A stretch of DNA of 20,000 nt from an uncultured virus (IMG/VR IMGVR_UViG_3300031884_000009) (lineage: Duplodnaviria; Heunggongvirae; Uroviricota; Caudoviricetes): the IMG/VR virus record IMGVR_UViG_3300031884_000009; one strand, given 5' to 3'. Made by a program: the position numbers and the translations under genes. Below are positions 1 through 8,653 of this stretch, in pieces. Position 1 is the first letter of the stretch; each line of letters starts with the position of its first letter. Under the pieces are notes generated by a model. The model made no database searches and was not told the origin of the DNA. It was given only the letters and a program-made list of their open reading frames with translations.

Positions 1-450
1 ACAACCACCGAAACTCAAAAAGCCCGTGATGCTTTTAATGACTATCTTGAAAGAACAACAAATAAACGTTCTGAAGAAATTGCTCGAAAAGCATACGAAA
101 CAGAACGTGTTGCTTTAGCTAAAGATACATTACCTACTTTATTTGCTAATAATAGTGGAGCTGCTATTAAAGACCAATTACAAAACTTAGGTAAGAATCC
201 TGAAGGAGTTAAAGTATTTAATCAAGAATTCTTAAGTTACTTAAAAGGCACTACGGCTGTAGAAGCTAAAAAGATGTGGGGAACTATTGGTCCTGAAGTT
301 AAAAAACAGATGAAACTCTCTGATAAAGTGTATAATAACATTACTGACATTATGCAAGGTGCTCAGACACCTCAAGATATTAGTCGTGCTATGAGATTAT
401 TTATTGGTGCTACAACTGCTGGTGCTATCGCTAAAGAGAAAAACCTATGA
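1..450 (+). CDS. C-terminal part of a larger protein (5' truncated), probably a virion/internal protein
   Basis: Frame 1 is open from base 1 to TGA at 448-450 (TTTETQKARDAF...GAIAKEKNL*), with an ATGA overlap onto the next gene. Function is inferred only from its position in the late region. Confidence 0.7.
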   Translation, partial: TTTETQKARDAFNDYLERTTNKRSEEIARKAYETERVALAKDTLPTLFANNSGAAIKDQLQNLGKNPEGVKVFNQEFLSYLKGTTAVEAKKMWGTIGPEVKKQMKLSDKVYNNITDIMQGAQTPQDISRAMRLFIGATTAGAIAKEKNL

Positions 451-995
451 ATGTATTAATTAAACAATGTACTTCTTGTAAAACTCAAAAAGAAATAACT
501 GAGTTTTATAAGGATTCTCATTTAAAAAGTGGATACGCAAGTTCATGTAAAAAATGTATTTCTGTTCGTCAAAAAACATTTAAAGAAAATAATAAAGATT
601 ATTTTAAACAATATAACAAACAATATTGGATTAAAAATAAAAAACAAATGTCTTTACAGTCTAAAAAATACTACGAAGAAAATAAAGAAAATTTAGCAGA
701 ACAAAACAAACAAAGAAGTAAAAAACACTTTCAAGAAAATAAACATCTATACAACGCTAAAAGAGCTAAGTATAGAGCTACTAAATTAAAAGCTACTCCT
801 AAATGGGCTGATTTAAAAGCTATTAAAATTGAATATTCCTTAGCTTCTTGGTGTTCTGCAGTAACAGGAGTGCCTTATGAAGTAGACCATATAATTCCGC
901 TACAGGGTGAAAATGTTTGCGGTCTACATGTTCATTATAATTTACAAGTAATACAACGTGCTCCTAATCGTAGTAAAGGTAATAAACATGCTTAA
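447..995 (+). CDS. Free-standing HNH homing endonuclease with N-terminal CxxC...CxxC zinc-binding region
   Basis: CTSC and CKKC near the N-terminus; Lys-rich linker; C-terminal EVDHIIPL-x7-GLHVHYNLQVI-x4-NRSKGN HNH motif. Visibly more AT-rich than the downstream gene. Confidence 0.9.
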   Translation: MNVLIKQCTSCKTQKEITEFYKDSHLKSGYASSCKKCISVRQKTFKENNKDYFKQYNKQYWIKNKKQMSLQSKKYYEENKENLAEQNKQRSKKHFQENKHLYNAKRAKYRATKLKATPKWADLKAIKIEYSLASWCSAVTGVPYEVDHIIPLQGENVCGLHVHYNLQVIQRAPNRSKGNKHA

Positions 996-2328
996 AGTAC
1001 TTATAATAGACCCATCAGGCTGTGGCTGTGGTCTTTCCTTTGGCTTACGAAGCAAAGAAGCTGGACATGATGTTAAGCTGTTTCTTAGGCACAACAAAGA
1101 TGGCTCACGCTCTGAAGTAGGAGATGGCGGTTTAATCAAACGAGTCTCTGAATGGGAAAGCCACATGAAGTGGGCTGACTTAATCTTTGTTACAGATAAC
1201 ATCTATTACATTCATGGATTAGAGCGTTATCGTGAACAAGGTTACCCTATCTTTGGTGCAAACTTAGCTGGTACTCGTTGGGAACAAGAACGTGACTACG
1301 GTGAACAGATTCTAAACAAAGCTGGTATTCCTACTATCCCTAGTAAGACTTTTGATAATTATGACGAAGCTATTGCTTACGTTAAAGAGAATCCACGTAG
1401 ATTCGTATCTAAGCCTATTGGTGATGGTGATAAGACTTTATCCTATGTAGCTAAGTCTGCTGCTGACATGCTTTACATGTTGACACGATGGAAGAAAAAG
1501 AATTCCTTTAAAGGTAAGTTTATTCTTCAAGAGTTCCGTCCTGGTATTGAGTTTGGTGTCGGTGGTTGGTTTGGTGCTTGTGGCTTTGCTAAGTATTTCT
1601 GTGAGTCTTGGGAACACAAGAAGCTCATGGATGGTGAACTAGGTGTTACTACTGGTGAGCAAGGTACTATTGTTCGATACACTAAAGAATCTAAATTAGC
1701 TGAACAGATGCTCAAGCCATTAGAAGATATGCTTCATGGTATTGGCTACACTGGCTACATCGATGTTAACTGCATTATTGACAAACAAGGTAAAGCATGG
1801 CCTTTAGAGTTCACTACTCGCCCAGGCTGGCCTTTGTTTAACATTCAGATGTCTTTACACAAAGGTGACCCTGCTCAGTGGATGCTTGACATGATTGATG
1901 GTAAAGACACATTCAAAGTATACGACAAGATTGCTTGCGGTGTTGTGGTTACTATTCCTGATTATCCTTACAGTCGCTTAACTAAGAAGGAAAACTCTGG
2001 TTATCCTATCTGGGGCTTGACAATGGAAGATGCAGTCAATGACGTACATCTTTGTGAAGTTCAGTGGGGCAAAGGTCCTGCAATGGTTGACGGTGAACTC
2101 AAAGAGAATGTTCCCATGTTTGTTACTGCTGGTGATTACTGCTGCACTGTTGTTGGTTTAGGAGATAGTATTGAAAAAGCTCGTGAGTCTGTTTACGGCA
2201 AGATTAAGAAAAAGATTGAGATTCCAAACAGTATTGCTTACAGACTTGACATTGGCTGTAAAGTACAAGATAGTTTAGATGATTTACAAGGCTGTGGTTA
2301 CGCTTTCGAGGTAGAAGATGGCCGTTAA
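988..2328 (+). CDS. PurD (phosphoribosylamine-glycine ligase)-like ATP-grasp enzyme
   Basis: Start reassigned to ATG 988 (AAGGT RBS at 976-980). Motifs VSKPIG, ILQEF..GIEF, GVTTGEQG (cf. PurD GPNTGGMG) and LEFTTRPGWP (cf. EFNxRFGDP); length is PurD-like. Confidence 0.8.
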   Translation: MLKVLIIDPSGCGCGLSFGLRSKEAGHDVKLFLRHNKDGSRSEVGDGGLIKRVSEWESHMKWADLIFVTDNIYYIHGLERYREQGYPIFGANLAGTRWEQERDYGEQILNKAGIPTIPSKTFDNYDEAIAYVKENPRRFVSKPIGDGDKTLSYVAKSAADMLYMLTRWKKKNSFKGKFILQEFRPGIEFGVGGWFGACGFAKYFCESWEHKKLMDGELGVTTGEQGTIVRYTKESKLAEQMLKPLEDMLHGIGYTGYIDVNCIIDKQGKAWPLEFTTRPGWPLFNIQMSLHKGDPAQWMLDMIDGKDTFKVYDKIACGVVVTIPDYPYSRLTKKENSGYPIWGLTMEDAVNDVHLCEVQWGKGPAMVDGELKENVPMFVTAGDYCCTVVGLGDSIEKARESVYGKIKKKIEIPNSIAYRLDIGCKVQDSLDDLQGCGYAFEVEDGR

Positions 2329-2722
2329 TAACTTACCTCCGATACCACAAGATAAGATTAGTGAAGTACAGAGCTGGCGTGACTGGTTCCGTAACTTAGG
2401 TAACTACATTCAGCAAGCACAAGGCGGTAACATTGTAGCTCCTGTTTCTTCAGGTGGTACAGGTGCTACCAGTGCTGCAGGAGCAAGGCAGAATCTAGGT
2501 CTTGGTACTTTAGCTACTCAGAATGAAGATGCTATTAATGTTACTGGCGGTTCTCTTTCAGGTGTTGCTGTATCAGGAAGTATCACAGGTAATGTAGCAT
2601 TAACGAATACTACTTCAATAACAGCTACAGCAGGTACACATACTTTACCAGCTAACCCTGTAGGTTTTGTTACTATCAATATCAATGGTACTAACTTTAA
2701 ACTTCCTTACTATAACCTATGA
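2318..2722 (+). CDS. Small tail-fibre-like virion protein
   Basis: GGTGATSAAGARQNLGLG motif, common in phage tail fibres; Gly/Thr/Ser-rich; lies just before the lysis genes. Confidence 0.6.
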   Translation: MAVNNLPPIPQDKISEVQSWRDWFRNLGNYIQQAQGGNIVAPVSSGGTGATSAAGARQNLGLGTLATQNEDAINVTGGSLSGVAVSGSITGNVALTNTTSITATAGTHTLPANPVGFVTININGTNFKLPYYNL

Positions 2723-3168
2723 AGACTTCTGACGCAGGTATTGAGCAGATTAAGCACTTTGAAGGATTCCGTAGTATGCCTTACATGGATACTGCAGGTA
2801 AATGGACAGTAGGGTACGGTCACCTCATTGTACCTAATGATGGCTGTGTTTCAGGAAGTCCTATTACTATGGGACAAGCTACTTCACTTCTTAGAAGAGA
2901 TGTGACTGCTGCAGAGACTGCTGTCAATGCACAAGGACTAAGCCTTAGTCAGAATGAATTTGATGCTCTAGTGTCCTTTACTTTTAACTTAGGTACTGGT
3001 GCTTTTAATCGTTCGACTCTTCTAAAGTTACTTAAAGCAGGAAACAAAGAAGCTGCTTCTAAAGAGTTTCTTAAATGGTCTATGGTAGCTGGGAAGTACA
3101 GCGATAGTATTTTAACACGCAGACTTGCTGAGCAAGATTGCTTTCTACATGCAAATTATAAAGGATAA
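2719..3168 (+). CDS. Endolysin, GH24 (T4-type) lysozyme
   Basis: E-x8-D-x5-T catalytic motif (EGFRSMPYMDTAGKWTVGYGH), plus FDALVSFTFNLG and RRLAE. Confidence 0.95.
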   Translation: MKTSDAGIEQIKHFEGFRSMPYMDTAGKWTVGYGHLIVPNDGCVSGSPITMGQATSLLRRDVTAAETAVNAQGLSLSQNEFDALVSFTFNLGTGAFNRSTLLKLLKAGNKEAASKEFLKWSMVAGKYSDSILTRRLAEQDCFLHANYKG

Positions 3169-3171
3169 CTT

Positions 3172-3336
3172 ATGCCTCTTAAAACTGGTAGTTTTAAAAA
3201 GACAATCTCTAAAAACATTTCTACTTCTGTAAAAGAAGGAAAACCACAGAAGCAAGCTATCGCTATTGCTCTGTCTAAAGCAGGTAAGTCTAAGGTTAAG
3301 CCTAAAGGCAAAGTATCTACTAAAAAGAGAATGTAA
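3172..3336 (+). CDS. Small basic protein, 54 aa, with [11 protein letters not shown] motif (DUF6496-like)
   Basis: Not in the ORF track. [67 protein letters not shown] coupling to the next gene. Confidence 0.8.
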   Translation: MPLKTGSFKKTISKNISTSVKEGKPQKQAIAIALSKAGKSKVKPKGKVSTKKRM

Positions 3337-3539
3337 TGAAACAGAGAATACATGGAGCTTGGAAATCAAGGACTATGTGGTTCTCTGGTCTCCTATTTCT
3401 TTTAGGAGCTGTATCTGATAACTCCTCTTATCTACAAAGCTTAATAGACCCTAAAGTCTACAGCATTTCTATGTTTGTAATTGGAATTGTTATTGCCTAT
3501 CTTAGAGCTACGACAACTAAACCATTGGACATTAAATAA
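3336..3539 (+). CDS. Putative holin (two hydrophobic helices)
   Basis: 67 aa with two predicted TM segments and basic termini; lies between the endolysin and the spanins. Confidence 0.65.
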   Translation: MKQRIHGAWKSRTMWFSGLLFLLGAVSDNSSYLQSLIDPKVYSISMFVIGIVIAYLRATTTKPLDIK

Positions 3540-3943
3540 TGCCTACGCCTAATATCTATATGAAGTTTATTATTGCTGTGGGATTGCTTGTACTTTCATT
3601 CATTGGTGGTTTCTATGTAGAGCATCTTCGCTTTGCTAACTACAAAGAACAAGTAGTATCCACAGCTAAGGTACAGGAAGAACATACTAAAGACTTAGTC
3701 AAACAACAACAACTAGTAACAGAAAAGGTAACTAATGATTATAAGAACCAGCTTACTCGCCTTACTGCTATGTACAGTGGGTTGCACATCAATGGTAGCA
3801 GCTCCGTGTCCAGCCCCAGCGACACCCTCGTCAGAGTTAATGGCTTCACCACAGACCCTGTATTTGCTCTACAGTGTGCCAATACCACTCAGCAGCTCGT
3901 CTCCCTCCAAGATTATGTTAAAGAGCAACTAAGCATTAAATAA
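3539..3943 (+). CDS. Rz-like inner-membrane spanin
   Basis: N-terminal TM segment followed by a coiled-coil; a lipoprotein gene is embedded in it; last gene of the lysis cassette. Confidence 0.75.
   Translation: MPTPNIYMKFIIAVGLLVLSFIGGFYVEHLRFANYKEQVVSTAKVQEEHTKDLVKQQQLVTEKVTNDYKNQLTRLTAMYSGLHINGSSSVSSPSDTLVRVNGFTTDPVFALQCANTTQQLVSLQDYVKEQLSIK
3735..3932 (+). CDS. Rz1-like outer-membrane spanin lipoprotein nested in Rz
   Basis: Signal peptide with lipobox (LLALLLCTVG-C); Pro-rich mature part; AAGG RBS upstream; +1 frame inside Rz. Confidence 0.75.
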   Translation: MIIRTSLLALLLCTVGCTSMVAAPCPAPATPSSELMASPQTLYLLYSVPIPLSSSSPSKIMLKSN

Positions 3944-3967
3944 AAAGACCCTGCACGAAGCAGGGCC
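3942..3967 (-). terminator. Rho-independent terminator at the convergence of the two transcription blocks
   Basis: - strand GGCCCTGC-TTCGT-GCAGGGTC followed by TTTTT. Confidence 0.75.
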
Positions 3968-3991
3968 ATAAAATACAACTACCGAGAATTC

Positions 3992-4267
3992 TTACAATAC
4001 AGGTTCTGCAGGATAATTAGCAGGATGAGGAGGCTGTAGCTCTCTAAAGAAAGCTGTAGTCTGTAGCTCTAACAACTTATCGTTAAGAGGCTGTACTATC
4101 TTAATCAAGTCTTGAACTAACAACATTTGTTGAATAGCATCTAAATCTTTTAAGCTAGTTCCTGATTCCTGACAACGACTAAACACAATAGGCATTAACT
4201 GGTCTGCTGTGTTCAATACTTCTTCAAGTCGTTTCAATCCTGCAAATACATTATCTAAATCAATCAT
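3992..4267 (-). CDS. Hypothetical protein
   Basis: 91 aa ORF with AAGGA RBS, ATGA-coupled to the upstream gene. Confidence 0.7.
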   Translation of the reverse strand: MIDLDNVFAGLKRLEEVLNTADQLMPIVFSRCQESGTSLKDLDAIQQMLLVQDLIKIVQPLNDKLLELQTTAFFRELQPPHPANYPAEPVL

Positions 4268-4419
4268 TTCATTTCCTTTGTAATAGCACTTAACTGGCTA
4301 GATAGTTCACTCATAAACTGAGCCAGTAAAGCTGCTTCTTTAAACTTACGTCCATTAGCAGCAATCAAATAGTCACTGCTATACTTTTTAATAAGTAATA
4401 GTGTATGTGCATAATCCAT
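4264..4419 (-). CDS. Hypothetical 51 aa protein
   Basis: Not in track. MDYAHTLLLIKKYSSDYLIAANGRKFKEAALLAQFMSELSSQLSAITKEMK* fills the gap exactly. Confidence 0.65.
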   Translation of the reverse strand: MDYAHTLLLIKKYSSDYLIAANGRKFKEAALLAQFMSELSSQLSAITKEMK

Positions 4420-4420
4420 C

Positions 4421-4645
4421 TTAGTGCCTCGTATTCTTCTTGTACTTTTCTACCATCATTGCATCTGCCATGACATAAGAGAAATGAGCAATAACTTCAC
4501 AATACTCTTCTACGTTTGTCTCTGGAACACCAGCAGCAGAGATTGCTCCTGACAATACTGATGTTGCGTAAAAGTCACGGAGGCCTGGAATCTCCTGCTC
4601 AATAGGAGGACCCATGTCATGTAGTGGTTTTTTAGTTGTCATCAT
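4421..4645 (-). CDS. Hypothetical phage protein (LRDxxA...Y.MADAM type)
   Basis: GLRDFYA...SYVMADAM resembles a widespread small phage protein motif. Confidence 0.7.
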   Translation of the reverse strand: MMTTKKPLHDMGPPIEQEIPGLRDFYATSVLSGAISAAGVPETNVEEYCEVIAHFSYVMADAMMVEKYKKNTRH

Positions 4646-4802
4646 CGTCCTTTAGTAGTTGTTCAAGTAAATCTGCTTTCTCTTCGATTATATCAGAGAA
4701 CCTCTCACAGATATCCTCAGTAGTTAAACCAAGAATATCTGTTACATCCATTTCGTCTAATTGCTTAAGACGGTATATTATATCAGCTAGGGTCAAGCTC
4801 AT
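4632..4802 (-). CDS. Small acidic hypothetical protein, 56 aa
   Basis: Not in track. MSLTLADIIYRLKQLDEMDVTDILGLTTEDICERFSDIIEEKADLLEQLLKDDDDN*; AAGGA RBS. Confidence 0.75.
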   Translation of the reverse strand: MSLTLADIIYRLKQLDEMDVTDILGLTTEDICERFSDIIEEKADLLEQLLKDDDDN

Positions 4803-5160
4803 CAATCATCCTTTGAATATACCATTTCGCTTTGGAGAACTCTTGCGCTACTTCATCCTTAAGACCTGCTCTAGAAGTGTACTTAATGATGTTACCTTTT
4901 AAATAACCTTTAAACTCTTCAGGAGTAAGCTTAGCTTTAATGTAGTCAATGGTTTCAATACCTCCTTGAGTGTAATGACTAGGAGAGTTTACCATGTCCT
5001 TAATACCTACACCAGCTCCAGGAGGATAGTAACTTTCACTACGTCCTGCTCCATAAGTAGTACCACTAATAGCCCCTGTGTTTTGAACAGAGTTATTAGC
5101 TAAAGCAGCACAGTCTACACAAAGAGAATGATAGTACCTTTTATGTGTTACGCAATACAT
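4783..5160 (-). CDS. DUF3310 protein (T7 gp1.7-like, putative nucleotide kinase)
   Basis: DMVNSPSHYTQGGIETID...GNIIKY..R...K...KAKWY signature; N-terminal CxxH...CxxC extension. Confidence 0.85.
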   Translation of the reverse strand: MYCVTHKRYYHSLCVDCAALANNSVQNTGAISGTTYGAGRSESYYPPGAGVGIKDMVNSPSHYTQGGIETIDYIKAKLTPEEFKGYLKGNIIKYTSRAGLKDEVAQEFSKAKWYIQRMIDELDPS

Positions 5161-5897
5161 TATACAATCCTTTTTACTTGAACAGATGGCTTGAGAGATT
5201 TAGTTCCCTGTGACCAAGTCCCGCAATCTTTGCACTGATAACGCTGATATGTGCTAGTAGTAGTGACGGCTTGGCCCCTCTTTTGAAGTTTATGTGAATC
5301 ACAAGTTGGACACACATGTTCATCAGTATAGAGGTTATAATTTGGGTGATGTTTAATCCAAGGTAAAATACGATGATAAACATTTTCAAGCAAAGTAACA
5401 TCTTGCTTGTTATACTTCTCCATAATCTTCCACGCACTTTCATCTCCTGCCATACATTTAGTCCATAGCTCCATACCAGCATGAGCTGTCTTCTTACCTA
5501 ATCCTAACCGTTGAGCAACGTAGTCCAATTTGTTACTAGGAAACTTAAACTGGCTACGAGCAACACGTAAAAGGTCAATTTGTTTATAAGGTGATGGTGG
5601 AGTAAAATTATGTAATAAGAATTCCTTGTTAAGAGTAGGAATATCAAACTTAGTACCATTATAATGAATGACGGCGTCAGCATCATTGAGGAGGTCATAG
5701 ATTCCTTTCAGCATCTTCTTAGGTTTTGAATTATGTACAGAATCAAACATTGTTTCTTTTTCACCTAGCCACTTAGCAGCCCAACAAAGAATCTCTGAAG
5801 AATCGATGATGTGATTAGGAGAGATGTTCTGGTCCCAGATACCCCAGACATAAGCTGTCATAGGGCTGGTTTCGATATCTAACAGTAAAATTTTCAT
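5160..5897 (-). CDS. RNase H-like (DEDD, YprB-like) 3'-5' exonuclease with C-terminal zinc ribbon
   Basis: LLDIET, YNGTKFD, YNKQDV motifs; CPTC...CKDC at the C-terminus. Confidence 0.85.
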   Translation of the reverse strand: MKILLLDIETSPMTAYVWGIWDQNISPNHIIDSSEILCWAAKWLGEKETMFDSVHNSKPKKMLKGIYDLLNDADAVIHYNGTKFDIPTLNKEFLLHNFTPPSPYKQIDLLRVARSQFKFPSNKLDYVAQRLGLGKKTAHAGMELWTKCMAGDESAWKIMEKYNKQDVTLLENVYHRILPWIKHHPNYNLYTDEHVCPTCDSHKLQKRGQAVTTTSTYQRYQCKDCGTWSQGTKSLKPSVQVKRIV

Positions 5898-6223
5898 TTC
5901 TTTTTACCTTTCTTAGGTACTGGAAAAGTATGAAAGTCTTCTGTATCAGCATCTTCTTCAAGCTTAGTAAGAATACGGTTACGCAATTCTTTCATCTCAT
6001 CTGTAGCATATTCATTGAGTTCAAACACTTGACAAAAAGTATCCATCAGCTTTGAGCAATTTAATTCAATAGCATATTCAATACCCATGATGTGATTGTG
6101 TTCTTCGTCCTCTGACAGTAGCTCAGGGCAATCGTACATTCTCCATTGAAGCTTATTAACTTGGTCTTTAATAGCCCATACATCCATGATTGCTGCTTCT
6201 AAATCAAATCTATCTGTGCTCAT
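5894..6223 (-). CDS. Hypothetical protein
   Basis: 109 aa ORF coupled to both neighbours. Confidence 0.7.
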   Translation of the reverse strand: MSTDRFDLEAAIMDVWAIKDQVNKLQWRMYDCPELLSEDEEHNHIMGIEYAIELNCSKLMDTFCQVFELNEYATDEMKELRNRILTKLEEDADTEDFHTFPVPKKGKKK

Positions 6224-6557
6224 TTGCTTTCCTAACTAGGTCTATGAAGTGTTCTAAGTCTACTATTGCTAACGGTTTGCTTCTGTTCTGCTTAATTACT
6301 ACTAAAGGTTCTGCATCTCCGTGGGTCTGTGCTTGCTCATAAAACTTGTACACAGCCACCTTTGCTAAGTTCTTACATTCTATATTATAACTAAAGCTTT
6401 TTAAACCAGCTTCAGATAATTGTACATCTTCACCTTGTGCCCCCATCGAAGTACTTTTAACATCACGCTCCGTCAGATGAGGAAAGTGTTTCAGGATTGA
6501 ATCCCTCACTGCTTGCTGCAACAGTCGGCCTTTTTGTTTTGCTGAACTTGTCTTCAT
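6210..6557 (-). CDS. PD-(D/E)XK endonuclease, probable Holliday junction resolvase
   Basis: SAKQKGR, GEDV...IECKN, PLVVIKQNR; replication context. Confidence 0.75.
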   Translation of the reverse strand: MKTSSAKQKGRLLQQAVRDSILKHFPHLTERDVKSTSMGAQGEDVQLSEAGLKSFSYNIECKNLAKVAVYKFYEQAQTHGDAEPLVVIKQNRSKPLAIVDLEHFIDLVRKANEHR

Positions 6558-7062
6558 GTAGCCACCCTATCGGCACTGGTTTAACAGGGATGTCAGGGTT
6601 ACTAACACCTTCGAAAATATTCCAGAGACTTTCTTTTTTAGCAAAGTTAGTGAATAGACCGATTTCTCTACCGTGGGCTTCGATTTCGTAAGGCAATTCG
6701 TAATAGTCCATTGAATCACTGTCGATGGGTTCACCTTGCCACTGCGTTTGCTCTTCATTTAAATCCCCGTCTGCATATTGTTTAATGTGTACAAATTCAT
6801 GTGCTAATGTTTTTAAGATTTCTTTACCTGAGATATAAGGATGGAGTTCAATTAAGAATTCTCTCGCTGCTCCTTTGGTGTTCCTTTTTTCAACGTTAGT
6901 ATATCCAAAAGCATCCAAATGCTTATTAAACTTAACAGTAACAACAATATGCCTGAGGAGTTGCTTAGTGAATAACTGCTCAGCATAGAATTGGGAAGCT
7001 CGTTGAACATATTCGTTAAACCTTTCGTCAGAGTGTCCGTGATTGTTAAGAAGTAATATCAT
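6463..7062 (-). CDS. Zincin-fold metallopeptidase-like protein
   Basis: TLAHEFVHIKQY (HEXXH) plus downstream YYELPYEIEA third-ligand motif. Confidence 0.8.
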   Translation of the reverse strand: MILLLNNHGHSDERFNEYVQRASQFYAEQLFTKQLLRHIVVTVKFNKHLDAFGYTNVEKRNTKGAAREFLIELHPYISGKEILKTLAHEFVHIKQYADGDLNEEQTQWQGEPIDSDSMDYYELPYEIEAHGREIGLFTNFAKKESLWNIFEGVSNPDIPVKPVPIGWLHEDKFSKTKRPTVAASSEGFNPETLSSSDGA

Positions 7063-7273
7063 AATCTACCATTCCAAGTACTCCAGCATTGTTTACAATA
7101 ACATGATAAGTATTTGATTCCCAGCCTTGTCTAGCGTCGTATACACTTTTATCAAAAGTAAGCATTGACCTTGGACATTGAAAATACTTTTCAATGTTTT
7201 CCCAAGTAGGTTCAAATTCTTCCATAGTTTCCATGCTCTCTGCAAAGCTTCCTCTATGTTTTCTAGCTTTCAT
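7046..7273 (-). CDS. Hypothetical protein
   Basis: 75 aa, ATGA-coupled. Confidence 0.6.
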   Translation of the reverse strand: MKARKHRGSFAESMETMEEFEPTWENIEKYFQCPRSMLTFDKSVYDARQGWESNTYHVIVNNAGVLGMVDYDITS

Positions 7274-7500
7274 TTATAACCTAAAGGCAAGTAAGATAAA
7301 CATCTTTCACACTTATTACATTTAACATATAGTTTACCTTCTAAATCAGTAGCTATAACATCAATAGTATTTTTGTGTCCGTACAACTCACATAGTTTTT
7401 TTCTTAGTTCGTCTGTTTTTTTATTAAAAAACATTTCATAAGCCATCAATAAAACTACAATTATACCAAGACAAAGAAAAATATCATTTAATATTATCAT
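7270..7500 (-). CDS. Hypothetical membrane-anchored protein with C-terminal Cys cluster
   Basis: N-terminal hydrophobic helix; C...GH...CNKCERC. Confidence 0.6.
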   Translation of the reverse strand: MIILNDIFLCLGIIVVLLMAYEMFFNKKTDELRKKLCELYGHKNTIDVIATDLEGKLYVKCNKCERCLSYLPLGYK

Positions 7501-8187
7501 TTATAACCCTTCGGTGGGAGGTTGCCAGAGCTGGTTGGCTTCTCTTCTAAGCCAAAGCAGTCTTGCATTTTCAATCGTTCGTTCTTCTGAGCCACCGTAA
7601 GCTTCGACACAAGCAGTATACATTTCTGCTGCACTTGTACATCCGTTGAGGATTTTGTCAGCCTTAACAGGGCCGATGCCTTTGAGACCAATGATGTTAT
7701 CAACTCTGTCACCTGTAAGTACCTGTCTATAAAAGTTGAGCAATGCTTCTTCTTCGTTTACTTCTGTCATCTCTTTCTTGACAAAGTTCCAGTGCTTACC
7801 TTTTAATTGGGCCATGTCTTTATCAATCGATGCGATAATACTTTGATAGTTATGAGCTACGTGCGCTGTCGCAATATCATCGTCAGCTTCTTGTCCGTCA
7901 GACACTGAAAATCCCCAACCATCTATCATATATTCACGTAATATTTCTAAATGTTTAGGCTTAGCAGATGTTCTGTTTCCTTTGTAAGGAGCTGTGACAG
8001 CTATTTCATTTCTAAAATTAGTTTTACCAGTAAGGAATCCCTGATATGTTTCAACTCCTTCTAGGTCTTCCCATAACATTGTTTCAATAAAATGGGCACA
8101 ACGAGAAATAGCAATCTTTTCGCTTTCTTCTTCAGTAGAAAAACCTATTCTGTACCCAAGAATGTCCGCATCTATTAAAACGTGCAT
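7501..8187 (-). CDS. 5'-3' exonuclease (T7 gp6/FEN-like)
   Basis: LIDAD, YKGNR, EADD, SIDKD, GDRVDNIIGLKGIGPVKA motifs. Confidence 0.92.
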   Translation of the reverse strand: MHVLIDADILGYRIGFSTEEESEKIAISRCAHFIETMLWEDLEGVETYQGFLTGKTNFRNEIAVTAPYKGNRTSAKPKHLEILREYMIDGWGFSVSDGQEADDDIATAHVAHNYQSIIASIDKDMAQLKGKHWNFVKKEMTEVNEEEALLNFYRQVLTGDRVDNIIGLKGIGPVKADKILNGCTSAAEMYTACVEAYGGSEERTIENARLLWLRREANQLWQPPTEGL

Positions 8188-8203
8188 TATAAACTTTCTA
8201 AAT

Positions 8204-8221
8204 GAGGAGCCGAAGCTCCTC
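8204..8221 (-). terminator. Extra-stable C(UUCG)G hairpin downstream of SSB (attenuator or mRNA 3'-end stabiliser)
   Basis: - strand GAGGAGC-TTCG-GCTCCTC followed by ATTT; U-tail is weak. Confidence 0.6.
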
Positions 8222-8230
8222 TGTTATTTT

Positions 8231-8653
8231 CTACAATACGTCGTCAAGTTCTTCTACGTTAGCACCTTTGTATTCGATTAGATTAGTAATCGTCAACTTT
8301 TTCAAAGATGGACTAACACCTTTTTTACCACGATAATTCCACTCATACGAAGAAACAATCGCTGTGCATTTGCTACCATTAGCAATCTTCTTATCTGCAG
8401 AGATGAGTTCTCCGTCAGTAGTAAAAGCATCAATCTTGTAATTGCTCTTACAAGTGATGTACTTACCTTCTGCTGAACGCTTCTCTTCGTTTGTACGAAC
8501 TGTAATACCTAGCTCTTCTAATGCTGTTGCTGCCTTATCTGATAGGTTAGACAAGTTGATTGTGTATTGCTCTTTATCCGATGTAGGATTAGGAGTTTGT
8601 GTACATGCCCAAAATACGTCTGCCTGAACTGCTACTGATTTACCTGTACTCAT
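8231..8653 (-). CDS. Single-stranded DNA-binding protein (T7 gp2.5-like)
   Basis: Lies between polymerase and exonuclease; IANGSKC...YEW...KKGVS pattern; acidic C-tail EELDDVL; strong RBS. Confidence 0.75.
   Translation of the reverse strand: MSTGKSVAVQADVFWACTQTPNPTSDKEQYTINLSNLSDKAATALEELGITVRTNEEKRSAEGKYITCKSNYKIDAFTTDGELISADKKIANGSKCTAIVSSYEWNYRGKKGVSPSLKKLTITNLIEYKGANVEELDDVL

Noticed and set aside
958..987. Track start of the ATP-grasp gene at 958
   Set aside because: ATG 988 has an RBS and gives the expected N-terminal beta strand.
447..995. Group I intron or intein around the HNH gene
   Set aside because: The ORF overlaps both neighbours and leaves no room for intron core structure.
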